In this document: positions 1 to 12,131 of the stretch, one piece after another | How the letters are laid out: each line of letters starts with the position of its first letter | How positions within the stretch are numbered: position 1 is the stretch's first letter | From: Octopus bimaculoides | Taxonomy: Eukaryota | DNA length: 35,683 bases | NCBI RefSeq assembly: GCF_001194135.2 | Contig: NC_069002.1 | Span: forward strand, 36,309,756-36,345,438 | Direction: 5' to 3' | Notes under the pieces: model-generated | Told to the model about the DNA's origin: nothing | Databases searched by the model: none | What the model saw: the letters and a program-made list of their open reading frames with translations, nothing else | Translations under genes and position numbers: made by a program

Positions 1-60
<60 letters not shown>
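1..60. repeat. (AG)n microsatellite, continues beyond the window start
   Basis: Pure AG dinucleotide run. Confidence 0.99.
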
Positions 61-63
<3 letters not shown>

Positions 64-149
64 CATGTATATAAGAATGTACGCACTTCTAAAGGTCAGA
101 GCATTTCTAGGTGAGCTTGGCCACCATGCTCATCAGCATGTCGCAGTTC

Positions 150-960
150 TTCTCTACTTGGAGACCTGGTCAAAACCAAATTCTGCATTTCGGTCCCTTG
201 TGTTTGGGGCGATCCAGGTCCATCTGTTTCTGGCCCCCTTTTTCTTTTTCTTTTTTTTGTTTTGAAAAGGCTGTTGCCGATGTACAACCTTTTGGACTCT
301 GCCATGGCGTTTAAACGTTTTCCTTTCTGATTTCTCTCGCCCAGTCCGAATCTTCCCACGTACTTCTCACTTTGTCGTAATTTTTTCAACTATGGCGTTG
401 AAATCTCCCATCACAACGGTGTATTTGGATCTGGTTCCTAGAGCACTAGTGGCTGTATACGTCTAGATGATCTTCAACCTCGTTTTCTTCAAGATCTGAA
501 CGTTCACAACACCTGTTCCTGTAGAAACGAAGCGGCGGGAGATGGCCTTCTCAGACCATTTCATGCTGGTCACACATCTTATGCCACCGATTATTCTGGG
601 ACCTTCTGGATAAACCCAGTTTCAAGACGCTACGCTTTCACNNNNNNNNNNNNNNNNNNNNNNNNNNNNNNNNNNNNNNNNNNNNNNNNNNNNNNNNNNN
701 NNNNNNNNNNNNNNNNNNNNNNNNNNNNNNNNNNNNNNNNNNNNNNNNNNNNNNNNNNNNNNNNNNNNNNNNTTTTTTTTTCTCTCCTCCATCAGGTGAT
801 TCATGCTGGTCTCCCTTGCAAAAGACCTGGAGTTTCAGAAGCATATGTTAAGCTTAGTTTGTTTCCTTGGCGGTTTTTCACAACCTGAGATTCTCAGCAG
901 CCTCTCGTCGCCACTACTCATGAGTTTCTCCGCCCTCCTCACCAAGCAATTTCAGTGGGG
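150..960 (-). mobile_element. Decayed RTE-clade LINE: 5' region and apurinic endonuclease (APE) domain, interrupted by N-gap 642-771
   Basis: Minus-strand translation across frameshifts and stops: KLNICF*NSRSFARETSMNHLMEE ... GGIRCVTSMKWSEKAISRRFVS ... LKII*TYTATSA ... YTVVMGDFNAIVE ... VGRFGLGERNQKGKRLNAMAESKRLYIGNSLFK ... RWTWIAPN. These match APE motifs (QVYAPT, GDFNA, GLGERN, NTFF, WTW) in the RTE arrangement. Confidence 0.88.
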
Positions 961-994
961 TTGCCAGTTTAGTCGCCTACGACCCGGTCATGCA

Positions 995-1070
995 ACAGGT
1001 GTTGCATGTTACCAATAGCACTCAAGAGCGACCTGATATCTCGCGAAGGTTAAGAGCAGGATGGAGAACA
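995..1070 (+). mobile_element. Short RTE LINE fragment from the post-RT region, opposite orientation to the adjacent APE fragment
   Basis: Plus frame reads QVLHVTNSTQERPDISRRLRAGWRT, resembling the RTE motif LGQ.....EI.RRI.AGW. Confidence 0.6.
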
Positions 1071-1744
1071 TCTTGTTGCTCACAAGATTTTTTTTTTTAA
1101 TCTTTTAAAACAACTTAGTTTCATGTCAATAAAGTGATCTTGGAGAAACATAATTTTCTTGTTTATAAGATTTTGCCAAGTGAGTTTTTATTCTCTATTT
1201 CGTTCGTTCGTGTTCAAAATCTGTCAATGGCAGCTTGAGTAAAGCAAAAACATCTGAGAATGCTTTTTTTTTTCTTAATTCGTTGGTTTCAGTGTTTTAC
1301 AAGTGTGAGTTCATCAACGATAATTTTATTTGTATCGAGTAAATTTTTATTTCCGGATATCAAATTATGACAGCTCGCACAACAGAATGTATCTGTTTCT
1401 TAATCATCATTTTTTTTTTATCATTTCGTTTTACCTGGATTTGTTTTCATGTTTTCGAAGATTAAATGACAGTTTTATTTTAAAGAGACGTACTAACTTC
1501 TACCTCACTTCCTCTTACGTGTCTCTGTTTTTCGAGCAGAAGAAACTGTAGTCAGAATTATTATAAACATATTAAACTTCCGAACAAAGAATAAACTGAT
1601 ATTGAATCCACGGATATTTAGGCAGATCTACTGACATTTCAACGTTGCCTATTTGTATAATAGTTGAAAAAAGTGTAATTTTTAACTATAAAAGTTATTA
1701 ATAATCTCTAAAATTCTCGGAGAGTTTCAAATTTTGTCTCAATG

Positions 1745-1920
1745 GCAGCAATTTGGGGGAGGGGATGAGCTGATGACATCGACCCCAGTGTTCAACTGGT
1801 ATTTATTTTATCGACTCCGAAAGGATGGAAGACAAATTCGACCTCGGCGGAACGTAAAGACGGACGAATTGCTGTTAAGCATTCCATCCGGCGTGCGAAA
1901 GATTCTTCCACCTCGCCGCC
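1745..1920 (-). mobile_element. tRNA-derived SINE, family B (head ggcggcgag/ctggcagaa; core gaggtcgactttgcctttcatcctttcggggtcgataaa)
   Basis: Reverse complement of the same head and core seen at 27464 and 32318; internal deletion near box B. Confidence 0.85.
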
Positions 1921-1929
1921 TTAATAACG

Positions 1930-2102
1930 ATAATCCTTTCTACTATAGGCACAAGGCCTGAAATTTGAGGGAGGGGGATAATCAATTAACATCGACCCCA
2001 GTGCTCAACTGGTACTTAATTTATCGACCCCGAAAGGATGAAAAGCAAAGTCGACCTTGGCGGAATTTGAACTCAGAACGTAACGACGGGCGAAATACCG
2101 CC
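1930..2102 (-). mobile_element. SINE family B, 5'-truncated copy in tandem with the previous copy
   Basis: Contains the tail cctttctactataggcacaaggcctgaaattt and the core atcgaccccgaaaggatgaaaagcaaagtcgacc. Confidence 0.88.
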
Positions 2103-2411
2103 ATGTACTCCGAATTGAAAGTGGAANNNNNNNNNNTACTCCGAATTGAAAGTGGAAATTGCAAGATTGTATGGAATATGAGAGGGAAATGTAAGAGTAA
2201 TACCAGTGGTGATCGGAGCGTTGGGCTCAATCCCATTGAAACTTCAAGACTTCTTAAGGCAACTGGAAATCCCAGGCAAGATTGATTTCTTGCAAAAAAC
2301 AGCCTTATCTTAAAAAAACAGCGCACATCTTAAGGAAAGTGTTATCTGTCTGAGGTCCTTGTTATGACAGATGACTAAAGACTTCGGTACATTTTTACCT
2401 ACAGTGTTACG

Positions 2412-2427
2412 AAATAATAATAATAAC

Positions 2428-2475
<48 letters not shown>

Positions 2476-2480
2476 AATAT
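2412..2480. repeat. (AAT)n microsatellite
   Basis: Near-pure AAT run. Confidence 0.97.
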
Positions 2481-2530
2481 AGTACCGAGCAGTGAGAATG
2501 ACTGTTCAACACTGCATTGTTGAATATACA

Positions 2531-2646
2531 TCGGGATTCTTTCAGTTTCCGTCCACCAAATCTACGCAAATGGCCTTGGTCAAGTCGGAGCTTTAGTAGA
2601 AGACACTTGCCCAGTGAGAAACTCAGTGAGGCTAAACCCTACCACG
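2531..2646 (-). mobile_element. SINE family A, diverged partial head/core
   Basis: ttctttcagtttccgtccaccaaatc...gtagaagacacttgccca aligns to the reverse complement of the full copy at 12132-12583. Confidence 0.8.
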
Positions 2647-2881
2647 CCTAATTAATTAATTAAGACACGATAGTATGATATTTAAGAAGCTGTTAAACTA
2701 TTTCAGAGTGGCCTTGTACCATTTCTGTGAATACAGCACGTCTTCATGTAATCGTAAATCTGAAAAAAGCATCCTGAGCAAAGCAGCAATTTTAAGATGA
2801 GATTTCTTCCGAGAGACGGAAAGCTATAAATCTACGGAAATTTGAAAATATATATGTTGCGTAAGCGTGTGTACTGGGTTG

Positions 2882-2883
2882 GT

Positions 2884-2963
<80 letters not shown>
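2882..2963. repeat. (TG)n microsatellite
   Basis: Long pure TG run. Confidence 0.99.
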
Positions 2964-2964
<1 letters not shown>

Positions 2965-3138
2965 GTGCATATTTATGTGTGAGTGTGCCTAGAATATGTG
3001 ATTTGTAAGTATTACGCCCATACACACATAAGAGCCACGGATACACATACATACATGCTTATGCTTGTAGTTCTGTATGTATGCGTACATTCAAGAATTT
3101 ATGTATGTATGTATGTATGTATGTGTGTGTGTGTGTGT

Positions 3139-3262
3139 TTCCATTCCAAAGGCTTTGGTTGTCCCGGAAATTTAGTGGAGGACACTCTCCCAAGGTTCCA
3201 CGTATTGAAATTGAACTCAAGTCCACATGGTTGGGAAGCAAGCTTCTTAGCTAAACAATCAC
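3139..3262 (-). mobile_element. SINE family A, diverged head
   Basis: aaggctttggttgtcccgg...ggacactctcccaaggttccacg...ccacatggttgggaagcaagcttctta matches the family A head in reverse. Confidence 0.75.
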
Positions 3263-3679
3263 AAGAAAAAATATATTAAATTTTTGTCTCTCTTTTTTTC
3301 ATGGTTAAAAGAATTCTGCTACGATGTAAATGTAAGCAAATAATGGTAATTATTCCTTCCTGCAGACACAAATACTTTGTAATCAATTATGCAATCATTT
3401 TGTTTCTGTAATAAAATACACTAAGTATATGATGCAATAATTTACATTGATATATCGTATTCCTGGAGGATATTAACATGATTGGTTGTCAGAGTAGCAT
3501 GAGAGGGGGCGGGAGATAGTTGGGAGTGGAAGAAATGGGAGGGAGGGGAGGATAGGTATGGGGTAAAATGGGGAGAGAGACTTTGGATTGAGAATGAGTG
3601 ATACATGCAGAAGTGGGAAAATATGAAGAAATAAAAAGAAAGAAACATAATGAGGGGTGAAATGGAGAGGAACACGCTC

Positions 3680-3912
3680 ACACACACATATATATACACA
3701 CTCACACACATGCTTATGTAAATGCGTGTATAGTATACATACATACATACATATATACATATGGTGGTTGTCTACTCTTTATGCAAATTTTGACCACCTC
3801 CTGCACCTATATATATATATACATATATATATACAAATATATATACAAATATATATACAAACACACACACACGCACACACACTCACACACACACATACGC
3901 GCACACACACAT
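3680..3912. repeat. Compound (CA)/(TA)/(ATAC) microsatellite
   Basis: Interleaved di- and tetranucleotide runs. Confidence 0.9.
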
Positions 3913-4015
3913 GACAGAAGGGAATAAACACCCTTATAATCGTTGAATTTTATTTAAATCTGAAATCATAAATTTATACATTGAAATTATCTATTAATTG
4001 TTATAATGTGCGTAG

Positions 4016-4663
4016 CTAATATTTAGTAAACATGCCTTTTGCATGTTTCGACGCAAGGATCCTATTAGGGATGCTACTGATAAGATGACGAATGTTCTCT
4101 TGAGGAATGTCTTACCAAGTTTCATGCAGTAATCTCAAAAGATTTGACTTTGAGGATGCTTCTTGTACTTTTTACGAAGTATCCAGTCCATTATGCCCCC
4201 AGAGGTGTTCAATAGTCTTCATATTTGGTGACTGGATTGATCATGGAAGCTTTTTAATGTCATTCTCTTCTCAAACAAACTTGGGTCTTTTTAGCCACGT
4301 GACAAGGAGCCCCATCTTCTATAAATAAAGAGTCATCTGTAATTATTTCACCACAGGGTAAGATTGAATGGAATATTTTCTGCAATATGGACACAGATTT
4401 ATCTGAGTTTATGTTTCATTTGCACTCCACCAGCTCTGACCGACCATCGCTCCAAATCACACTCCAGACTATCACAGAATAGCCGCCGTGTTTCATGTTT
4501 GGCTGCAATATTTTCATGCCAAATTCTTGATCACAGAGTCTCCAGACCCTCACTCGACCACTGTCAGAAATACAGCAAATCTGGACTCGTCAGAGTCCAG
4601 TGACATTGTCCCAAAATCTTAGTGGCCTCTCCACCATCTCACTGGCCCAATCTTTTCTCCACT
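4016..4663 (-). mobile_element. Tc1-family (DD34E) transposase pseudogene fragment, catalytic domain to stop codon
   Basis: Minus-strand translation with frameshifts: DWASEMVERPLRFWDNV..SDESRF...RVRVWR...KHGGYSVIVWSVIWSDG...FIEDGAPCHVAK...KKLP*SIQSPNMKTIEHLWG...IPQENIRHLISSIPNRILASKHAKGMFTKY*. I count 34 residues between the second D and the E after correcting one frameshift. Confidence 0.93.
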
Positions 4664-4664
4664 T

Positions 4665-5024
4665 GAGAAACAAATCGACCCCTAGACTTATTCTTTGTAA
4701 GCCTAGTACTTATTCTATCATTCTCTTTTGCTAAGTTACCGCTAAGTACTTTTGCTAAATTTTTGCTAAGAACCGCTAAGTTACTGGGACGTAAACACAC
4801 CAGCATCGGTTGTCAAGCGATGGTTGGGGGATAAACACACACACACACATATATATAATATATATACGACAGGCTTCTTTCGGTTTCCGTCTACCAAATC
4901 CACTCACAAGGCCTTGGTCGGCCTGCGGCTGTAGTAGAAGACACTTGCCGAAAGAGCCACGCAGTGGGACTGAACCCTGAACCGTGTGGTTGGTGAGCAA
5001 GTTACTTACCACACAGCCACTCCT
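4665..5024 (-). mobile_element. SINE family A, near full length with internal (TA)/(TG) microsatellite, 3' tail truncated
   Basis: Reverse complement of the 12132-12583 copy: box A/B-like head, ttgggcaagtgtcttctac-type core, and tail ccccgtaacttagcgg...gaataagt; short local duplications of ctaagt at 4730-4780. Confidence 0.93.
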
Positions 5025-5069
5025 GGTGTTTGTAGATATCTACGAAGGTGTGTTTTGTGCTTGTCTTCA

Positions 5070-5200
5070 CAAACCGGCTTTGGTAGGTTTATATCCCCGT
5101 AAATTAATGGTTCGGCAAAGCGACCGATTGAATAGATATCAGAATTTAACTCATAAACTCGTCAAGTGACCCAGTATGGCTGCAATCCTATGACTAATAT
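5070..5200 (+). mobile_element. SINE family A, degenerate 3' tail
   Basis: ccccgtaaattaatggttcggcaaagcgaccgattgaata...ccagtatggctgcaatcctatgact resembles the family A tail. Confidence 0.6.
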
Positions 5201-5419
5201 AAATTATATAAAGAAAGATTGTTGTAATTTGAACTCTGAACGTCGATAGAGAAATGCAATAAATATGTCTTCATGCTTCTTATTACATCATTGGAAAGTA
5301 GGAAATTGTTGCATCGGTGCTGCGTCGTATTTACAGAGTGTGGCATTGGAATTCCACTCAATCCATTCGGAATTGTTTAGCTAAGGTTCATAAACATGAT
5401 GGCTTTACGGTCCGGATAT

Positions 5420-5741
5420 TGTTGTAGTCGTTGTTTCTGCTGTTGTCGTTGTTGCTTTTGTTGTTGTCATGGCGGTTGAGGTGTATTGTCTTTGTAGTTA
5501 TTGTTCTTCATCTTGTAGTAGCTGTAGTTGCGTTTGTGGTGGTGGCCGTTATCGCAACTATTGTTTTTATTGTGTTTGTTTCCGTAATTCTTGAGGTATT
5601 TCCATCTCTGCTTTTGTAATTGTCGGTGTAATTGATGCCATTCCAGTTGTTGTTGTTGTTGCTGTTGTTATGGTGTAACTGATGCCATTCTTGTAGTAGC
5701 AGCAGTAATACTACCACTACTACCACTACTACTACTACTAC

Positions 5742-5781
<40 letters not shown>
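5420..5781. repeat. Degenerate (GTT)n/(GTA)n/(ACT)n trinucleotide low-complexity tract
   Basis: Imperfect GTT repeats followed by (ACT)n then (AGT)n. Confidence 0.92.
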
Positions 5782-5922
5782 TCTCCTTAAATGACAGGAA
5801 TTATTAGTGTTTGACCGGAAACACATTCAGTTTAAATATCTGAAATATCATAAACGTCTCACATATGTTATTTCTCTTATCTTTTCTTCTTTTCGTTTTC
5901 TTTTTTCTTCCTCACTTTCTAG

Positions 5923-5924
<2 letters not shown>

Positions 5925-5974
<50 letters not shown>

Positions 5975-6011
5975 NNNNNNNNNNTCTCCCTATCTCTCTC
6001 TCTCTCCCCCT

Positions 6012-6045
<34 letters not shown>

Positions 6046-6050
6046 CTATC
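5925..6050. repeat. (CT)n then (CTAT)n microsatellite
   Basis: Direct inspection. Confidence 0.97.
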
Positions 6051-6124
6051 TTATAATTAGCTATGATGCTCGCTGTTCTGCGCAAAAACGAAGCATTTAC
6101 GTATTTACCGTGTGTATAATTATG

Positions 6125-6708
6125 TGTACACACACACACATGAATGTATATTAGGATGCATTTGTATGTGTGCACACACACACACACACACACACACATA
6201 AATATGTATGTATATATGTGTACATATATGTGTGTGTGTTTGAATGTCTATGGGTAAATGTATATATGAATATGCACGTGCATTTGTGTAGTTATTTGGG
6301 TTTCCAAATTCTCCCCCTCTTTATGTATATATGTGTGTTTGTGCGTGTGATTGTGTGTGTATGTGTGTGTGTGTATACAATTATATGTGCATATATATAC
6401 ATGGATGTGATTGTGAATGTGTGTGTGTAAGTATAGGTACGTGTGTATGATCACGTGTGAGTGTGTGAATGTGTGTGTATGTGTGTGCATGCGTGTGTGT
6501 GTATGTGTGCATGTGTATGTGTGCGTGTGTATAAGTAAATGTAAATGTATCGGAGAACATACGCGCGTGAATAAAAGTGTGTGTATATTTGGGAATGTTA
6601 TTGCTCATATGTGTATATATATGTATGTATTTGTGTGTACGGAATGTATGTAAGTGTGTAAACGTGTATGTCTGTGAATGTGCAGTTATCTAAAAAGGAA
6701 TGCGCGCG

Positions 6709-6743
<35 letters not shown>

Positions 6744-6745
6744 AT
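6125..6745. repeat. Degenerate (TG)/(TA)/(CA) compound microsatellite field
   Basis: Direct inspection; explains the CV/HT-rich ORFs. Confidence 0.9.
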
Positions 6746-7374
6746 GTATTCTTCCACGATGCTTTGCCTCCAAAGCGTTGTTGAATTACCATATATAATT
6801 TATTTCTAGCTCCAGCCAGCGAATACATTATTCATTGCTCATTGACAGAGCTTCAAAAGTCATTATTACAAATCATATACATAAGTGATGACACCAGAGT
6901 CAGTAGAGATTCAAAAAAGAAAGCTTTACAGTAGAAACGATTCACTAAAGTCATTTGCCGAAATAGTTCACATCCATCAACCTGCATCCCATGATTTCAA
7001 CTTACTCAGGCTCGGATGGTTACATACCGCCAAACCCGTAGCTAAGACGCTGGGGAGAACAGCAGTTAAGAGGTGATTCCACACTCCTCAAAACCGTGAA
7101 ACTTCCCAACCTGGGTCCTGCTAGTAGATGTAGTTTAAAACCATGCTTAGGACGTCTATTTATAAAAGGCAGATGATATTGGGTGGTATAATCTGAATAA
7201 AATAATTTTAAGAAAGAAGGATGTGGGTGGTAGTTGTNNNNNNNNNNATAATTTTAAGAAAGAAGGATGTGGGTGGTAGTTGTTAGCACAATCTTTTGGA
7301 TTTCTGTGAGACATGGTTCTCCTGGGATGATTTTTACATCCCTTTCTTATCATACCTATGGCATACCTCACCTA

Positions 7375-7490
7375 TCATTATTATTATTATTATTATTATT
7401 ACTATTATCATCATCATTATTATCGTCATCTTCATCATCAAAATCATCATCATTATCCTCTTTCGAAGCAACAATAACAACATTGAATAT
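7375..7490. repeat. (ATT)n/(ATC)n trinucleotide tract
   Basis: Direct inspection. Confidence 0.92.
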
Positions 7491-8039
7491 AATGCGTAAA
7501 ATAGATAAAGAGGTACAACGAGACAAATAAAACACACACGGGAACTCACACATATGTATGAATGCATGTGTTTATATATGTGTGTGTGTGTTTCTTTGTG
7601 TAAGTATGTGTGTATAAATACGCATATGTATGTGTGTATGTGTGTATGTATTTCGGTGTTTTTACCGACATTTTAATGACATTTACCAACTTGAGATTGT
7701 GATTAAATTCTTTGAAATCTTAATGCTGTCACAGAGAGTTATTTGTTGTCCAAAGAATATAAAAATATCTCTAATATTTTCCATGGCTTCCAAACTGAAT
7801 ACATTATTAGATTCTGTGAAAAGAATGCAATCGGAAGCAGCCATACTTGAACCGTTCCATAGAGAAGAGAGGATGGTTGGGAACGTTTCGATTTAGTCTC
7901 TAGTTCTTCACAAAAGATGAGAGAGAACAGAAAAATGAAATCTAATCTTGATTTACACATGTATGAATGTATGTCATTGCACGTATGCACATTCACTCGC
8001 ATGCACACTTATAGACGCGCGCGCGAATATGTGAGATCG

Positions 8040-8155
8040 AAGTGGCAGAGTTTTTAAAACGTTTGACCAAATGCATTATGGCATTCGTTCCGACTCACTG
8101 TGTTCTGATTTCAAATCCTGCTTAGGTCAATATTGCCTCTCGTCCTTCGTTCGTC
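8040..8155 (+). mobile_element. SINE family B, strongly diverged head/core
   Basis: gtggcagag...gttctgatttcaaatcctgcttaggtcaatattgcctctcgtccttcg aligns loosely to the family B copies. Confidence 0.6.
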
Positions 8156-9588
8156 GATACGTGAAGTATAAGTTCAGGGCGGTGGTTTGGAGGAAACATC
8201 AAGGATGAAATAAGCTCTTCAATAAGAACCCAAGTATTTCTGTTGATGTTTATCACTCCTTGTGCACCAACTGACAAGGAGTATACCCTTATGAACTGCG
8301 CACTACATACATACATACATACATATATGCCTGCATACATAAATTCATGCATACTTGCAAGTGTATCTATGGTGCATGCACTTATAAATGTACATATCTA
8401 CGTTAGTGTATATATATATATATATATATATATNNNNNNNNNNNNNNNNNNNNNNNNNNNNNNNNNNNNNNNNNNNNNNNNNNNNNNNNNNNNNNNNNNN
8501 NNNNNNNNNNNNNNNNNNNNNNNNNNNNNNNNNNNNNNNNNNNNNNNNNNNNNNNNNNNNNNNNNNNNNNNNNNNNNNNNNNNNNNNNNNNNNNNNNNNN
8601 NNNNNNNNNNNNNNNNNNNNNNNNNNNNNNNNNNNNNNNNNNNNNNNNNNNNNNNNNNNNNNNNNNNNNNNNNNNNNNNNNNNNNNNNNNNNNNNNNNNN
8701 NNNNNNNNNNNNNNNNNNNNNNNNNNNNNNNNNNNNNNNNNNNNNNNNNNNNNNNNNNNNNNNNNNNNNNNNNNNNNNNNNNNNNNNNNNNNNNNNNNTA
8801 TCCGCCTGGTGACTAAATTGCCACGTTTTTAAATAAACATCCAAAATATTTTCCGGTGATTTCCACCCCCAGCCCCATATTCATTACGTTGGTCACATCT
8901 GACAGATTCCACTTTTAACATGGCAGGCGATCAAATGCTATTAAAAGTTGCTTACCACAATAGACCAACGTTTAAAGTGTTAGATTTAATGTGTTCTCTG
9001 GACAATTTATAACATTGGGGTCTCGATGAAATATATTTGATGTCGTATGATTTGAATATTTATTTTAAAGACAGGACTTGTAACGGCGAGATTTATTCAT
9101 TAAATAAATAATATATTTGATTGGCCTAACACAGAAGATGGGGAAATTGCTACTGTGAAGTAGTGCTGCAAGGATGTTATAGAAAATATATTCGATTGGA
9201 AATCTCTTCGATTTCTTAAGATGTTATTAAATATTGGATGTTAAAGGGCATAAAATGGTAAAACATTTCCTCCTACACGCGCGCGCGCGCGCACAGACAC
9301 ACATTCGCACACAATTACTCACACACAAATGCACACACAATTTCACACGTAAGTGCAAACATATACACCTACACACTTATATTATGCGCCTCTCTGTCTC
9401 TTTGTCTCTTTCTCTCACTCACTCTCACACCAGTATATGTATGTAAGTGTGTATGTATGTATATACGTACGTATGTATGTATGCATGTATGTGCGAGGTA
9501 CGTACGTATACATGTCTGTATATGTGTGTGTCTGTATGTGTGTTTATATATATATAACTATATCTAAAATCTATCTACTTATCTATCG

Positions 9589-9632
<44 letters not shown>

Positions 9633-10434
9633 AAGATACGTATGGAGAATATCACTTCTTTAATCGTAGAATTCACCTTACAACGCCGACAATTGTTTCT
9701 ATTGTGTTAACACATTTAGATATAGATAAGATCGTTAAATTTAATATTACCGAAAATATGTCAACCCAACATTCTCAAGGCACGTCTAAGTTTTTTTTTT
9801 CTGCAGCCTCTGAAAGCGTACGTTGTTACTTTTATCATTCATATCAAACACGACCGCCACCAACAGCCAACAGGGGTTTATTTCTAGGGGCACATCGATA
9901 AACTTTATATTAGCCTGAAAGCCATTTTGCTGGGGAGTACTTCCTGGCCTCATCCTCTGTCGGAAATCTCAACTATAATGTGCCTTATTTTCACCCCCTA
10001 GCGACATACGCTTTTGTACCCCAGATTTATAATATATGTGTGTGTATGTATATATGTATATGTATGTATGTCTCTATCTATGATTATGTCTGAGTGCATA
10101 TGTATGCTTATATGTAGGTACGTATGCATGTGTGTGTATCTGCGAATGTGTATGTATGTATTGGCTACAGCGAAGAGGTTAAGAAAGGTGCGTTCACATG
10201 GTTACCCCCAATCAATACTTTTGAAACTACTCTGTGGATTTTGCTAAAAAGTAAAGGAGAATTGGGTTCGTATATTGGCGAAGCGATGTAATTATTATCT
10301 CCTCGCCTTTTTCTCTTTCCTTGGAATCCCGGCATATTTTATTGTTTCAAATTAAATGAACAATAGTTAAAGGAAAAACATAGAGAATGTGTGTGCACAC
10401 GCGCGTGTCTGTGTGTATGTATGTACAAACATAC

Positions 10435-10494
<60 letters not shown>

Positions 10495-10956
10495 GAGCTC
10501 GAGCTCATATATCTGTGTGTGTGTGTTTGTGTCTGTGTGTATGCATGTATGTATAAATATATACAGATATACAGATAGACAGATAGATAGATAGATAGAT
10601 AGATAGATGGGAAAATGTAATATACGTCAAATCATAAATATGGTATGACAGGTAAAAAGTGTACAAAATAAAACGCCGAAAATTCATAAATTCATATCTA
10701 CAAACGGAAACGTTGAGTTTTATGAAGAAAATTTTATTAATACAGAAAAGTGTCCAATCTAGAAAAAGAGTCCTCCAGCAATGTATAGGTTTTTGTAATA
10801 ATGAAAGAACATCTTTTTCTGGATATAGGATTCTGTTTATTATTAAGTTCATAAAGATGGCGTAGCGTCAGATTTGACTGAAAGGGGTGAAAAATATCAG
10901 GTTGCATTTAGTGGAGTATTTCGTTTCGTTTTCTAGGTTTCGGATTCCATCATTTA

Positions 10957-11160
10957 TTCTTTATTCTTTAGTTGTTTCATTCATAGGATTGCGGTCATAC
11001 TGAGGCACAGCCTTGAAGGGGTCAGTCGAGCAAATTGTTCCTAGTAATTATGCATGATTTTAAGACTTGTACCTATTCTATCGGTCTCTTATGTCATACA
11101 GCTAGATTACGAGAATATAAACAAGCCGTTACTAGTTGTTAAGCAGTAGTGGGAGAAAAC
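10957..11160 (-). mobile_element. SINE family A, diverged 3' half
   Basis: ttattctatcggtctctt-like motif and ttgtttca...gcggtcatactgaggcacagcc match the reversed family A tail. Confidence 0.75.
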
Positions 11161-11204
11161 GGCTACACAAGGATATACATATACATACACACGCACGCAT
11201 ATGC

Positions 11205-11253
<49 letters not shown>

Positions 11254-11377
11254 TGTGTGTGTGTGTATACAGAGAGAGAGAGGGGGAGAGATATTAATAT
11301 TTAGTTAAATATTAATAAAAATATACATATACTCATATTTTAAGTTCTATTTTTCTTATTTGCATCAACATAACTAC

Positions 11378-11386
<9 letters not shown>

Positions 11387-11464
<78 letters not shown>

Positions 11465-11482
11465 TGCGTGTGTGTGTGTGTA
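11387..11482. repeat. (TG)n microsatellite
   Basis: Long, nearly pure TG run. Confidence 0.98.
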
Positions 11483-12131
11483 TCTGTCTGTCTGCTTGTA
11501 TATATGTGCACATCTTTCAATTTATGTCTGCCAGAGGCAGTAACTAGTTCTTGGTCGGCTCTGAGCTATAGCAGCCGATACTTGTCCAATTTGCCGCGCA
11601 GCGAAACTGAAAATGGAACCGTGTTGTTTGAAAGCAAACTTGTTACCATAGCGAGAGAGAGAGGAGATGACGTCTCTAACGCAATTGATAAAATGACGTA
11701 CGAATGAAGCACTGACGTTGTTATAGTCGATTACGTATATACTCCACACACTGAATGTAAGGCTTCCTGGTCTTGTTTGTAGTGATCTTTCAAGGTGATA
11801 AACCATTGAAGGTGATGCGTCTGTAGGCGTGTAATATATGAGCCCGTGTGAGCAAATACAGAGATAAAAAAAACACCGTGTCTTGACATATATATANNNN
11901 NNNNNNGCAACAAATAAAAATAGGAGCTTTCAAAGAATATGGCTGTCTTGTGAAGTTGTATTCTTAAAAATCTTTTCATCGAAGTTATTCGTGCACGTAA
12001 CCATTAACAACTTCAGCATTCCCAATCAGCGTGTTTGCTTTCGTAAAGATATTGATATTTGGGTATGCATATATGGGTGTGTGTTTAAACACAAATATAT
12101 ACATATAAATATGCGCAATTTATGAACAATA

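Noticed and set aside
2105-2160. Exact duplication of tactccgaattgaaagtggaa on both sides of a 10-N gap
   Set aside because: Typical unmerged contig overlap at a scaffold join, not a biological repeat.
3500-3565. G-tract cluster with G-quadruplex potential
   Set aside because: Part of a purine-rich low-complexity stretch; no functional context.
7199-7283. Exact 36-bp duplication around a 10-N gap
   Set aside because: Same scaffolding artefact.
7878-7916. Minus-strand GTGAAGA...GAAACGTT hammerhead-like spacing
   Set aside because: C3 missing, stem II weak, and stem I does not pair; at most a very decayed relic.
9790-9822. Polypyrimidine-CAG acceptor followed 11 nt later by GTACGT
   Set aside because: An 11-nt microexon would shift the frame and has no other support; such signals arise easily from T-runs.
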